Shown here piece by piece: positions 14,151-27,277 of a stretch of DNA of 64,000 bases. This DNA comes from Tubiluchus corallicola (lineage: Eukaryota > Animalia > Priapulida): assembly GCA_030141605.1 (NCBI GenBank), contig JAQGDQ010000598.1, positions 63,769 to 127,768 of the forward strand. The letters run 5' to 3'. The notes beneath the pieces were generated by a model. The model was not told the origin of the DNA and did not search any database. It was given only the letters and a program-made list of their open reading frames with translations. Made by a program: the position numbers and the translations under genes. How positions within the stretch are numbered: the stretch's first letter is position 1; the number at the start of each line of letters is the position of its first letter.

Positions 14151-14798
14151 GTGCCAAATGTATTCTCACAAGAGCTTATTTAAACTGAAATATCGCCAGC
14201 AACGTAAGTTTACTAAAAAGTAACATTGCACTTTTATTATCACTGAACATCATTACCCTGATACGTTTTGGCTTTTTCCAGCAGCCACAACCCTGATGAA
14301 AAAATGGTTTCATCTAATTGGTTTCGCCACTAAATTGAACTTTTTTTATCACAAATTGAGCGCAACAATGGCGTGAAAAAATCTGGAACGTATCTGGGCC
14401 ATGACGTTACCGTGAGAGGCCTAATAAAATCACACATTTAGGAAACACTTGCGTCTTTATTGTTGATATAACTTACAGACTTCTGGAAGCACCGCCATCT
14501 TTACACGACAACTACAGTTGAGCAGCAAGAAGCAAAGTTTACACAGCATTACAAATCTCAGACTCTTTTGTCACCTTTTAACATCAATGTTTACGCTCTT
14601 GCGACAAATGGACTTGTACGTCTGTTCCTGCGCAAGAACTATAACCTAGATAACTCTATGAACACTCAAATTTTTGTAACAAACTCTTTGAAGAAACGTT
14701 TATTTCATACACTAAGCGCTTTAAACAGTATTAACTATCTTGTTATATAGTTATGTTCATAATACGTTTGTTATACATTGTTGTTAGCATTGTTCTGC

Positions 14799-15703
14799 AT
14801 CTGTCTGTGACGTTTCGCTCTCACTAGGGGAGAACATGTATCATTTGTAAAACTGTCTGTTTCAAACCTAGTCTGTCTGATTGTGAAGGAATGAAAGGTC
14901 CTGCTTTTCTTGATAATAGAAGTTTTTATCTGTTTCTGACGTTTCGGTACCACTAGGGGAGAACATGTGTCATTTGTAAAACTGTCTATTTCAGACCTAG
15001 TCTGTCTGATTGTGAAGGAATGAAGGGTTGTGCTTTTCTTGATAATAGAAGTTGTTATCTGTCTCTGACGTTTCGGTACCACTAGGGGAGAACATGTATC
15101 ATTTGTAAAACTGTCTGTTTCAAACCTAGTCTGTCTGATGGTGACGGAATGAAAGGTCCTGTTTTTCTTGATAATAGAAGTTTTTATCTGTTTCTGACGT
15201 TTCGGTACCACTAGGGGAGAACATGTATCATTTGTAAAACTGTCTATTTCAGACCTAGTCTGTCTGATTGTGAAGGAATGAAGGGTTGTGCTTTTCTTGA
15301 TAATAGAAGTTGTTATCTGTCTGTGACGTTTCGGTACCACTAGGGGAGAAAATGTATCATTTGTAAAACTGTCTGTTTCAACTCCAGTCTGTCTGATGGT
15401 GATGGAATGAATGGTTGTGCTTTTCCTGATAACAGAAGTTTTTATCTGTCTCTGACGTTCCGCTCCCACTAGGGGAGAACATGTATCATTTGTAAAACTG
15501 TCTGTTTCAAACCCAGTCTGTCTGATGGTGATGGAATGAAAGGTTGTGCTTTTCTTGATAATAGAAGTTTTTATCTGTCTCTGACGTTCCGCTACCACTA
15601 GGGGAGAACATGTATCATTTGTAAAACTGTCTGTTTCAATTCCAGTCTGTCTGATGGCGTTGGAATGAAAGGTTGTGCTTTTCTTGATAATAGAAGTTTT
15701 TAT
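14799..15703. repeat. Minisatellite, 129-bp unit x7
   Basis: GACGTTTCGG/TCCG..CACTAGGGGAGAACATGTATCATTTGTAAAACTGTCT recurs every 129 bp (14811, 14940, ...) and creates the 275-aa repeat ORF. Confidence 0.97.
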
Positions 15704-16574
15704 AAAAATATTAATAGCGAGCTATTAAGGAAACAAAACGCTTGAAACAAATAGATAAACGAAATAAAATAACATTTAATTAAATATGGACACATAATCA
15801 ATAAATTCCAGCAAATTCGCAGTAAATTCACACTTAGTTCGACCACTGCGATGGGTCATCCTTATAAGCGTTTTCTTCCTACGTGTAACAAAACTGCAAG
15901 GCAAAATTCAGAACTACTTCGCTTTGGAATTCTCTGTCGTCTCATGTTATTATAGCTCCCTCTTTAGCTTTGCTCAAAACCGCTCTAAAATTTGTAATTT
16001 CAATAATCTTCTTCAAAAATTCTCACTAGTTTTGAGGATGCTCAGTGTCCTGAATTCCAGTGTACATACAATTTGTAAATATTTATTTTACAATAGTCAC
16101 TCATTTTTATGTGGTTTATATTTATGGTTGATTTATAAATTTTCACTCAAGTATCTTTTTATGCTCATTGGTCGTAATTTTATAAAATTTTAACAATATT
16201 AACCTGTGGGGTTCCCTAAGTCACTACCATAAAGTTGGAAGCAATTTTTTTAACAAAAATAATAATAAATTTATTTGGAAGTGTAAATACAAATACAATA
16301 TCAAGAAACACTGGGAAAAAAATAGATATTAATAACAATGATTATATGATAAATGGCAAAAACCAGAAGTAAAACTTGTTAGGTGCTTGCACCATTATAA
16401 ACACGTCCAAATAATGAGAAAAAAAAGAACAAAAAAAACGAAAGTTTTTAGGCAATTTAAAAAATAACAGTTGTGCAAAGTAAGGATAGAAGTGATGGAT
16501 AAAAGAATGTTTAAAAGGGTAGGAAGAGTGGCTTGTGGAGATTCGGCTCATAAAATTTGAGTGTCCGAGTGAGT

Positions 16575-16870
16575 ATGATTGTGGTTTTGATTGTGATTCT
16601 GATTGTGATTTTGATTGTGATTCTGATTGTGATTTTGATTGTGATTGTGATTTTGATTGTGATTCTGATTGTGATTCTGATTTTGATTGTGATTTTGATT
16701 GTGATTGTGATTGTGATTGTGATTTTGATTGTGACTGTGATTGTGATTGTGATTCTGATTTTGATTGTGATTTTGATTGTGATTGTGATTGTGATTGTGA
16801 TTGTGATTGTGATTGTGATTGTGACTGTGATTGTGACTGTGATTGTGACTGTGATTGTGGTTGTGATTTT
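16575..16870. repeat. Hexanucleotide microsatellite (GATTGT/GATTTT/GATTCT/GACTGT)n
   Basis: Seen directly. Confidence 0.97.
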
Positions 16871-17000
16871 GTGTATCGGATTTTTCTGCCTGGTTAGCAC
16901 TAGTTGCTCAAAAACCTTTAACTTTTTACGATTTATTTGTGGTGCCTTATTACTTTGTTAAAAATGCAAGTGAAATCCAATTTCATTAATCCCTTTGTGG

Positions 17001-17217
17001 TCTCTAGATTTCTTAATTCCGCCCCCACTTTGAATTATTATCTGTTAATTTTTCAGCATTATACCTTTCAGTGGCGTCGCTAAAAATCGCGAAACTAAAT
17101 TAAATTATAAATGCAATAAAAAAGAATCCTCATTTCAACATGTTATAAAACTTCTATCCAACTTTAGTATTCTAATATGAGTTTTATTTAGTAATACTAA
17201 AAGAGAAAAACCACAGT
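17001..17217 (+). repeat. Dispersed repeat segment, inverted copy at 21186-21402
   Basis: TCTCTAGATTTCTTAATTCCGCCCCC...TTATACCTTTCAGTGGC...TATTCTAATATGAGTTTT is the reverse complement of 21186-21402. Confidence 0.85.
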
Positions 17218-17220
17218 AAT

Positions 17221-17589
17221 TGTTGTATTTTATTTCTCTCGGAAGGCTCGTAGAAAAAACCAGAAAACACGTCGTCAAATTAAACTAGTTTATTAAGCGA
17301 GAATTCAACAACACAGAAGTATGAAGGAACGCGAAATGTTTGCAGTAAACGTGAAAATCTGGAAAACGTTTGAGTGTATCTGAAAATACAAGTATACAAG
17401 AGAGTGTGTAAGTGGTGCCCATGTGAATCTGTGTGCGTCTCTCAGTGGCCTGCTTTGCCTTATATAGCTTGCCAGGGAACATTCTAGACGTTTCTCTCTA
17501 GAACATTCTACAAGGTAAGACGATTATTCTAATGGAACATTCTACAATGTTCTATTTAATTCTAATAGATGCCAGCGATCTCCATAGCA
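17221..17589 (-). mobile_element. Solo LTR
   Basis: TG...CA termini (TGTTGTA...ATAGCA), perfect 5-bp TSD GTAAT (17216-17220, 17590-17594), and TATATAA then AATAAA in the correct order on the minus strand. Homologous to 23054-23399. Confidence 0.85.
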
Positions 17590-17923
17590 GTAATCATAAT
17601 AAATTCAATTCAGCACACGTGACTAATTAGGCGTGCTTCTGATTGGCTGATCAAAAAATAATGTATTTGGACGGTGTGGAAAATCAAAGAAACTGCTTTG
17701 GAAACAAAATGCAGATTGTAGTTCAGTAAGATTTATCAAACAAAAGCATTATATGCGATCAATAGTACGTCTCAGTCACCTGTATCGTAAGCTGTTTTTT
17801 TTTCGTAATACCTGTATATCATTCCCGAAACCAACACCTGATGTTATTCTTTAAACAAATCGACTATCTTACTTTGCATGCTAATACTTTAATCATATCT
17901 GTATTATTGTTTAAGCTTGTTAC

Positions 17924-18432
17924 TTAAAGGAAAACCGGATGATTGTGTAAACACGAGTTCAGAAAAAAGAATGCTCTAAAATGTTGAAAACTACAATAGC
18001 TTATTTTAAATCATAACTTAGATTAAACAATAATTACCTCTGATACTCAAATTTCATTAAACTTTCAAAGCTACGCGCGGCTCAGTCAATCTACTAAGAT
18101 TGGCAGAGGCGTCTTTTTGTCATAATCGCGTGGCCGATAAATAGAAGGCGGTACCGTGATAACCATGATCATGAACTGCAGTTAGTTTCTGACATCATAT
18201 GACGTGGAGCCCATTGATGTGCTTGATGTGCAAAGAAAAACGCCTGGCATCTGGCATCTGGTTAGTTTCTGACGTAAACAATAGCTGTGTTCGGTTGCCG
18301 TTAATTAACTTTCTAAATTAATTATTCAAATGCAAGGAACGATTTGTTAACTTTTATAGGCAAGAAAATGCATATTTTGGACAGTAAATGAAAATGAGAT
18401 TGAGTTTAAACAATCGTCCGGTTTTCCTTTAA
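17924..18432 (+). mobile_element. TTAA-flanked Kolobok-like MITE, family C
   Basis: TTAA|AGGAAAACCGGA...TCCGGTTTTCCT|TTAA with perfect 12-bp TIRs; inverted homologue at 42502-43038. Confidence 0.85.
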
Positions 18433-18441
18433 GCTTGTCTC

Positions 18442-18630
18442 TTAAAGGAAAACCGGATTCAATCCTAAACTGTATGTCAAAACAATCTACTCCTTAAAAT
18501 ATTGAAAGGAAACATACTATTTTTTCAAAAGTGAATTACGTGAAAGAATTATTACAGCACAAGTTCGCGCAGGTAGTTCTTCGCTGTTACGTGCAATTCG
18601 AAAACGCGTTGCACAAAAAACAAGTGCTGT
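18442..18630 (-). mobile_element. Partial Kolobok-like MITE, family B (one end)
   Basis: TTAA|AGGAAAACCGGATTC...AAACATACTATTTTTTC is the reverse complement of the right end of 19530-20132. Confidence 0.7.
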
Positions 18631-19529
18631 TCTTTGCAATCATCCATCTATTTACTGATTAGATGAACACTGCATAACTTTGGATAAGCGTACTAAGCGC
18701 ACGCTATGACAGCTAAGCTAAATACCCGCCCATCAAAGTGGAAAACTACGCAAGCTTGTTCTTCCTATGTAATCCTATATAATCTATATAATCCTCATTA
18801 TAGCTGGTTGAATAATCAAGCTAAAAACATGAAGCTTCATTATCTCTTTAGATAATTCCACTGGGAAGCAGGTCAGCGGAAGGTTGTAGCAACACAATTC
18901 TATTACAGTTGAAACAAAAAGGGAGAGAAACCAGTTCTCACCAAACAGGTGTAGGGGATAGGTGATGTTTTGCTAACTGATCTGCACTGCCCCATATCGT
19001 GTTAAAAGTTAAATATTTGATTTCAAACAGTTTTTAAACAATACAGAAAGCTCCGCTTAGTCTGTTTATCGAATCAACGCTTATAAAAATCACCAAAAAA
19101 TCACGAGAGAAATCCGATTCGGATTATTCGTTGCCGTTCGACGTTTGGCGGCGAAACTTAATTTTTCAGACTTAATTTAATTTGCATTCCAACAAAACGC
19201 GAAAACAGAACTTACATGGCTTCATTTAAAATGGCGGCATTTTTGCTATCTGATTATTTCACGACATTCATTCGTGTGACCAAACACGCAATGCATACCA
19301 CGCGGGAGAGATGAGAAGATTCTGACTAATTTCCATCCTCGATAAAAATGGCGCAAAACTAATTAGGAAGTAATTTGCTTTTATATCAAACTCCAGTGAT
19401 TTTCTTCATCGATAGCTGACCAGCCATAAAACAGGAAATTTGGTTTTTAATGTAACCGTCTGTTGAGGCTGAGTTTACGTGGCGCTAAGTAATGGTTAGT
19501 TTAGATCAGTTTCAAATTATTTTTCAAAC

Positions 19530-20132
19530 TTAAAGGAAGATAGGATGATTTTTCATACACTACCCCATTTTCAAGTCTGATAAAAGGTTTACATTTTAAC
19601 ACAATTAATACTGCAAAAGCGTTTCTGATAATAAAGTAATAGATTAAAAAATTAATTAACGGCGTGTGAGCCAAACTACTGATGACATCACAAACGAACA
19701 TAACAGCAAACATATTCTACGAGCGTGTTGCACGTGTTTACGAAAGCGAGAATTGAAGTACAGTGCTACTGTAAGAGATTCAGTGTGCTGTACTAAAACT
19801 TGGCAAGTTTTAAGATAAAAATTCAAATTTCAAATTTGCCTCTGTGCTCACGCATGAGCTGTCGAGGTAACACAACTAACACATTAGTAACACATATGAA
19901 CTAAGAGGTACAATGCGTTTCTGAAATGCAGGCGCTAGTGTCCGTCTGACTAGCGAATGACGAAATGCAGGTAACAGTGAAGAACTAGTGACGCAAATGC
20001 AAAATTGTGCTTGTGCGGTAATAATTCTTTCATGTAAGTCATTTTTGAAAAAAATAGTATGTTTTCTTTCAATATTTTAAAGTGTAGATTGTTTTTACCT
20101 ACAGTTCATGACTGGATCTGGTTTTGCTTTAA
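19530..20132 (+). mobile_element. TTAA-flanked Kolobok-like MITE, family B (further partial inverted copies ~24228-24644 and ~53955-54220)
   Basis: TTAA|AGGAAGATAGGAT ... ATCTGGTTTTGCT|TTAA; internal sequence is shared in reverse orientation with 24228-24644 and 53955-54220. Confidence 0.75.
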
Positions 20133-20496
20133 GTGTCACCTTGTACCTAGTGCCATTATTATTACAAGCAGCACGGGAATTATTAAGTAAACAAACGGTT
20201 ACTGCATAGTCATGCTCAGAGCAATATTGCATATGACATCATAAACACGACAGCTTGAAGCCAGAATAACTCTGCTGTGTAACCAGGGTGACTCATTCAT
20301 TTTATTGAGTTCAATAATTTCACGATTACACATATGTGGCAACTCAGCATTATGTCGTGGACAATGTCATAAATCACTTGATGTTGATTTCCGCGCCATT
20401 TTAGATTACGAAACGCCGCCTGAAAACAATCGCGAGCCATAATGATTGTACAGTAGGCCAAAATGCACACGGGTGGTTGCTCGGTAACTGTTTTGA

Positions 20497-20681
<185 letters not shown>

Positions 20682-21751
20682 GGTGAGGCTGTGGGATTTA
20701 GTTTTGCGGAAGGACAAGCCACTAGAAGCTGTGGAATCATAATCATAGATATTAGTGCATGTGAGTTAGGGATGTAGTGATACGAACCCCAGGACTGACA
20801 GGATAGGTATAATCAGGGCTGGGTTACCCTATAGGCTAGCATTGGCTGCAGCTTAGCCCCCCCCCTACTTTGCATTGCTGAATAATTCATATGAGTTAAA
20901 ATAAAACTTCAACTTTAAAAAAGGAAGCAATATAACCTGAAAATCCTATTTTAAAGTGCCTCCTCGTTTGAGATACACGATGGGGCATGAGACAGCGGGA
21001 TTAACTATCCTGGAATTCAACCCTCTGATCCTAGAATTCCTCCCTTTGATTCAACCCTGTGATACGGAATTCTGATTTCAGAACCAAGACGAATTCAGTT
21101 CAGTATTAATTAAACTATAGTTTGTGCCCTTGAATGCAAGTCAAATAGTGCATGGAAATTTAAACAGAAGTTTTGTGTTTTCGTTCCTATTGTTTTTTCT
21201 TTTAGTATCACTAAACAAAACTCATATTAGAATACTAAAATTGAATAGAAGTTTTATAACCTGCTGAAATAAATACCTTTTTTCTATGTTTAAAAAGTAA
21301 TTTACATTCGCGATTTTAGCAATGCCACTGAAAGGTATAATGCTGGAAAATTAACAGATAATAATTCAAAGTGGGAGGGGGCGGAATTAAGAAATCTAGA
21401 GATCAAAAAGCTACGAATTGAATAGAATTATTAATTATAATTATAATGTCATTATATTTCATAATTGAAATTGTACATATGTTTTGTTTTTTGTACATTC
21501 CAAAATTGTATGTATGTCTTGTATGTATTTTTGACATATACATAATAATAAATAATTCCAATAAATAAAGGAACTAATAAATAAATATAAATATGTAATA
21601 TAAATATGTAAATATCTAAATATTTGCACTTTTAACAAAGTAATGATATACAAATAAACAGTGAAAATTTAAAAGTGCTGGACCAGCGCTAACAAGACAC
21701 AAGAAATCTGATACAGAAAATCACAATCATTTTCAACTTTACCACAGTGAC

Positions 21752-22355
21752 TTAAAGGACAAGAAAAGCGGCACCTGAAGTAGGTTTCAGAAAAATTGCT
21801 TTAAAAATGACACTACTTTACAGCAATTTTATGCACATATCGTATTCGCCTCGACAGGAATTTTCGTTTGTTTTCATTTTAAATCTCCCGCACTATTGTT
21901 CCGACGGCGCCATTACATGACGTCACTACGCCATGAAAATCAGGGGAAGAAAAGGCAATGTTAAATTATGACCCAAAAAACTTAAAATGTGTGTGCCAGT
22001 TGGTAAAATGTCGCTGACTCACCTCCAGGGTGCTCCACTCAATAGCCAAAAACGTATTTTTAATCTTATTGACAAGATACAGTAATTTAAAATTTTACTT
22101 ATTTAGCAACATGTATGCTACGAATGCTCTAATTATTTTTCAAACTTTACACAATGTTATTTAAACTTGTTTCAAATGGCCTACGATTAAAATGGTTGCG
22201 CCTAACGGTCATCACGGAAGTTTAAATTTACACGTTTTATACAGCGTTGCTGCCGACACAAGCCCTGCATACGTAAAGGCAGTACGTAAGTGGTATAAAA
22301 TTTCGAGACGAATTTTTTAAGCTTTATGTAAGTGGAGGGTTTTCTTGTGCTTTAA
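21752..22355 (+). mobile_element. Kolobok-like MITE, family A
   Basis: TTAA|AGGACAAGAAAA...TTTTCTTGTGCT|TTAA, collinear with 3137-3774. Confidence 0.8.
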
Positions 22356-22544
22356 AGAACTCAACGGGTTAGTAGAATAGGAGTTTTGATCATGCAAAAC
22401 TTTGAAAAATCACGACCGATAAGCAGAAAAAGATTAAAAATTTATAAATCAACCATTCAAACGATATACAATGTTAGTGATTATTGTAAAATAAATATTT
22501 ACAAGTTGTATGTACGCCGAAATTCAGGTGACCACTACGAAAAT

Positions 22545-22770
22545 TTAAATTCAGTTTCAATTTATTTATCTCTTTATAATACTACAATAAAACATGATTA
22601 ATAAAAGAATCGCTAATAAGTTTTGAAGAATGGTTAAAATGAATAGATAGATCTAGAACTAGAGAAAGGATAGCGAAAAGACTATAAAGTCACCTAGTCT
22701 GCTATCCTTTACCGAATATAGATAAAATGATTTTTAGGCACTGGTGGGAATTAATGTTATCAGTTTAATT
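22545..22770 (-). mobile_element. Retroposon (LINE-like) 3' end; tandemly duplicated copy at ~25895-26143
   Basis: Minus strand shows a stem-loop (AAAGGATAGC...GCTATCCTTT, 22665-22710), AATAAA and a (TTGAA)n tail; the same sequence is repeated at 25.9-26.1 kb. Confidence 0.6.
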
Positions 22771-23053
22771 TAGGAAACATTAATAATTTTAAAATTATGA
22801 CATTTGCTATATAATTAAGTAATCCAGAGTAAAGAAAATACATGTACTTTAATTTAGTGTGCAACAAAATAAGGTCAATCTTGATTAAACTAAAAATAGC
22901 ATTTAGATTTTGAGTGGAAGGCAGATCAAATTTGCTGTGTAATAATAAGAGCATTTTGGGTTAATAATGCAATTAATCAACAACGAAAATTAAATGCATT
23001 TTCATGTGGGTTCAACTTCATCATTTCTAAGATTGTTGAGTAAAAATATATCT

Positions 23054-23399
23054 CGTTGTGTTTTGTTTCTCTCGAAAGGCTCGTAGAGAAAACCAGAAAA
23101 CACGTCGTCAAATTAAACTAGTTTATTATGCGAGAATTCTGCAAAACAAAAGTATGAAGGAACTCGAAATGTTTGCAGTAAATGTGATAATCTGGAAACA
23201 TGAAAGCGTATCTGAGAATCTGAGAATACCAGGATACATGAGAATGTGAGAGAATAAACTTCAGCGGCCAGCTCCGCCTTATATATCAGTGCCAGCGAAC
23301 AATCTAGAAATAGAAACTTCTACAAGGTAAGAAGATTGCTCTGCTATACTATAGAACATTCTACAATATTCTATTTAATTCTAGAGGATCTCCATAACA
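23054..23399 (-). mobile_element. Solo LTR (same family as 17221-17589)
   Basis: Ends (C)GTTGTG...ATAACA with its own 5-bp TSD TATCT (23049-23053, 23400-23404); TATA and AATAAA on the minus strand. Confidence 0.85.
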
Positions 23400-23512
23400 T
23401 ATCTGTAATTAAGTTATCCAAAAATAAAGAACATACATGTATTATAAACCAGTGGACAACAGAATAGGGTCAATCTTGTATAAACACTATAAATAGCACT
23501 AGTAGTTGTGAC

Positions 23513-23792
23513 CAGAGCCTATTTCAGAAGGGGGATACTTCCCCGAAGTCTCACTCTCCAGGGGGGCCTCGCGCCTAGGTAACATTTTTTTGTTGCTTTT
23601 GATTTGACTGTTTTTAAGTATTAAGGACTGGTCTTGAGAATAAAGCAGTTTTTCTTTCAATTGTTCTTTCTTTTAACAACTGCATAGCCCCATATTTTCT
23701 CTTCAAAAATGCTTCTTGAGCGTTCCAGCAGTTCAAAGGGGGCCTCACACGCCCCACTTCCCCGGGCCTCGCTTAGGCTGAAAAAGGCCCTG
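23513..23792. mobile_element. hAT-type MITE
   Basis: 15-bp TIRs CAGAGCCTATTTCAG / CTGAAAAAGGCCCTG and a perfect 8-bp TSD GTTGTGAC (23505-23512, 23793-23800). Confidence 0.9.
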
Positions 23793-26700
23793 GTTGTGAC
23801 ACTACGAAAAGTGATTGTGACATGGCTTGGAATTTCTGTGATAAACCTTCCTATAGCAGTGAATCGTTAGAACAAGTATTTGACTTGAGCGTGCTTGCAG
23901 TTGTAACGACACAATCAACCTAATTTAATCACAGAAGAACAATTAGGCAAATATGATTAACACTTTCCGACCGGCTCTATAATGAAAATGCATTTGAAGC
24001 CGCCAGTAAGCGCGCTTCCCACTCAACACTGCTTATTGTTTGGCTTCCGCGTGATCGATTACTGATCATCTATCAATGTCGAAACCAATGTTGACTGTGT
24101 TTACAATACAGACATGTAGTTCTCCCAGTGGAGAGCTCTACCAGTAACAAATTAAGTTTATCTACAGGCCTGGGATCGGTTGAAACGGCAGCTAATAAAT
24201 CTGTGTCATGATTTGAGCAATTAGCACATTTCGGAAATGCACTGTGCAAAAATAAGTGCTGTACCTCTCAGTTCAGATGTGTTAGTTTGTGACGAACTAC
24301 ACACGTTCGACAGCTCATGCATGAGTACTGCGGTAAATTTGAAATTTGAATTTTTATCTTAAAATTTGCATAGTTTTAGTACAACATGCTGAATATCTTA
24401 CAGTAGTACTGTACTTCAATTTTCGCTTTCGCAAACGCGTCAACACACTAATGGGATATTTTTGTTGTTGAAAATTATGTTATCAATAGTTATGTTATCA
24501 ATGTGCCCGCCGTTAATTAAGTTTTTAGTCCATTTTTTTTAATTATAAGAACCGCTTTTGCAGTATTTATTCTACTAAAATATATGCTTTTTATCGGACT
24601 TGAAAATGGGGTAGCATATGCAACATCAGTCTGTCTTCCCTTAAGTGTACCACGGTAACACGTTTTAACTACAACCGTCACGTGACATGTGTGTAAAACA
24701 AAGCCATTTGTTGCATCAGTTCAGTAATTGTTTACTTAATTGTGCATTAGTCTGTGCGTAGAGTGATTTACTAGCAAAATCTTGCTTGGGACAAGAAAAA
24801 GTGAGTAAGGTTCTAACTAGCTGTTAAAACTGTTACTATTACAGCAGCATCGGCTGCAAGGCGTTGTCAAGTGTACATAAATGCGTTGTCTAGCACACAT
24901 CTTTCACGATCATCATCAATCGCTGGAACTGTGTGAAAAGGCTTATAGAGTAGTCATCACCTCTTTCATAACTTTGAAAAATGTGTTGTTTATTCCTTCC
25001 CAATGAACAGTGAATCACTAATCAGTTTTTTAAGTAATGCATTAGCACTGCATTAATGAATTAGTTTCTCTCAAGAAACATTGTTTAATTTAAGAATGTA
25101 TTGTTTTCTCTAACAGTTCCAATGGTATGTAAAGTTTACAGAATATTAGTAGACCTATAAAGTTATTATTTAAGCAGCAATTATTAAATTAAAATTAAAT
25201 TTTACTTCCTTAAGCTTTACCACCTATCCACATTTGAGATACCAATATCACATCTGACTTGACATGTGTCTACATTTGACTTACCAAAAACGCTTAAGAT
25301 TTCTTGAAAACCATTGTTAACATATTCGAACTACCTAAGTCTACATTTGAGTTACCAAGACACATTTGAATTACCTAAATCTACATTTGAGTTAACGCAG
25401 GTCTACATTTGACATGTAAAACCTATAGAACAGGCCTGTAAACATGATGGTGCTCCCAACAATACGTTCCTTTGCAGACCTAATATAACAATGCATTCTT
25501 AAACCTCGCGGGGGCGTTGGGGCATTGTGGCTGTACAATCGTACGCATTGTGCAACATGGCGCGCATTGTTTGTCAACGCACAGTAGAATTGGAACATGA
25601 AGCACATTGTTACCTCACTTTGCGCGAGTCTAGCAATTTCTCTAGTTACAAATTATAATTCAACACTACATACCTACATAATGAAAGATAACGAACATAT
25701 TTTAATACATACTAACAAAAATTTATACACATTATACACAATGAAAAACAGCGAGTACAATTATAATAAACATAATTACCAATTCTAATGCAAATTCACA
25801 TAATCATAAATAAAAACAAAACAGCATATAGAAAACACAACGAGAATTGTAAAGTTTCATCACCAACAGACTGTTTATATACGGGCGAAAGACTCACTGA
25901 TAAGTTTTGAAGAATGGTTAAAATGAATAGATAGATATAGAACTAGAGAAAGGATAGCGAAAAAACAATTCAATTCAATTTCAATTTATTTATCTCTTTA
26001 TAATACTACGATAAAACATGATTAATAAAAGAATCTCTAATAAGTTTTGAAGAATGGTTAAAATGAATAGATAGATCTAGAACTAGAGAAAGGATAGCGA
26101 AAAGACAATTCAATTCAATTTAATTTCAATTTATTTATCTCTCTCAGCGCATGCGTGGCATTTAAATTTACGGTTTGTGCAGTAATTGGCAGGCGATGTA
26201 GTCGATATTACAAGCTTGACGTAATATTACTGTTATTCAGCCAAGGTAGTTGTGAATACCGAGCACGAAGCTGGGTGTTTGCTAAGATAATATTTCCACA
26301 GCGCTGATATTTCCTGCAGGAATTGATTTATGGTACATTTCAGTGAGTAACAGACAGCAATGAATTATTCAAGCAAGTTGTTGAATGTTATAAGTTCTTT
26401 TTAATAGGCAACATTTGTAGCCATAATTTATTCATGCAGATGATACGAAAAGAAGGGTCGTATTAACACTTTAGGAAGTCCTAAGCTGATAGTCCTGTCC
26501 CGCCCATCTCAATTGTAAATTTTTGGTTGCTTATGGACTAAACAGATTAAACAATTACTTAGTAGAAACCCTATTAACCTAATTTCTACCTGGTCATTAC
26601 TAATCACGTGCATTTCCGTAGTACTTATATCCAAGCATGCTGCGCAACTGCTTGTTGTGTATTACTTCTAACCTGTTCGCTATGTGGTACTGTTATATAA

Positions 26701-26875
26701 AAGCTGCGCTCGGTAACTGCCTGTGGTGTGTTATAAAATTTGCCATTTACATGAATATGAAAGTATACACATTTTCACAAGAGAATAAGAATTTTTTTCA
26801 AAAAATGTGACGTCCTTTCAAACTTTGGCGCCCTAGTCCATAGCCTATTTAGCCTACTGGTTTATACACTCCCTC

Positions 26876-27277
26876 AGAGGAGCTGCACAAGCAGCCAACA
26901 GCTAGAGGGCGGAGGAGGTCAAGTAACCCAACGGCCATGTGTAGAGGAGTAAACCTTCCAAATCAAGAGTGGAGCCCCGAAGGCGGACCAGTGCAGCATG
27001 CTCACTGACTCCTGCAGCCAACCTGGTGCCAAACGTATCGCTCCGCTTTCCTTTGGACTACACCAGGGAGGAAGAGAGGGGTTTCCTGTTGTCTGGGGCA
27101 ACTCAGGATCTCCACACACCTTCCCAGGCGTGCGCCCTGGAGAGGCAACTTCAGGGGTTCAAGGATCGGACTGCTCAGCCACAGTCGACGCTGCAGCTCC
27201 ATCAATGTGATCAATAACTGACTCTCTTGGCGCACACTCCATTGTCTTCCGAGACAGAAGGATGCCAACAACAACAT
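26876..27277 (+). mobile_element. Headless (5'-truncated) copy of the 5S-SINE body
   Basis: Highly similar to the reverse complement of 40960-41283; ends GACAGAAGGATGCCAACAACAACA; degenerate flanking repeat ATACAC(T)CCCT. Confidence 0.85.

Noticed and set aside
14771-15598. 275-aa ORF of 43-aa repeats as a host gene
   Set aside because: It coincides with a 129-bp minisatellite, has no ATG start, unit differences are mostly non-synonymous, and no domain is recognisable.
26969-27217. Paired similar ORFs at 26969-27217 and 40900-41234 as duplicated genes
   Set aside because: They are chance frames in two copies of a GC-rich SINE body, with indels between the copies.
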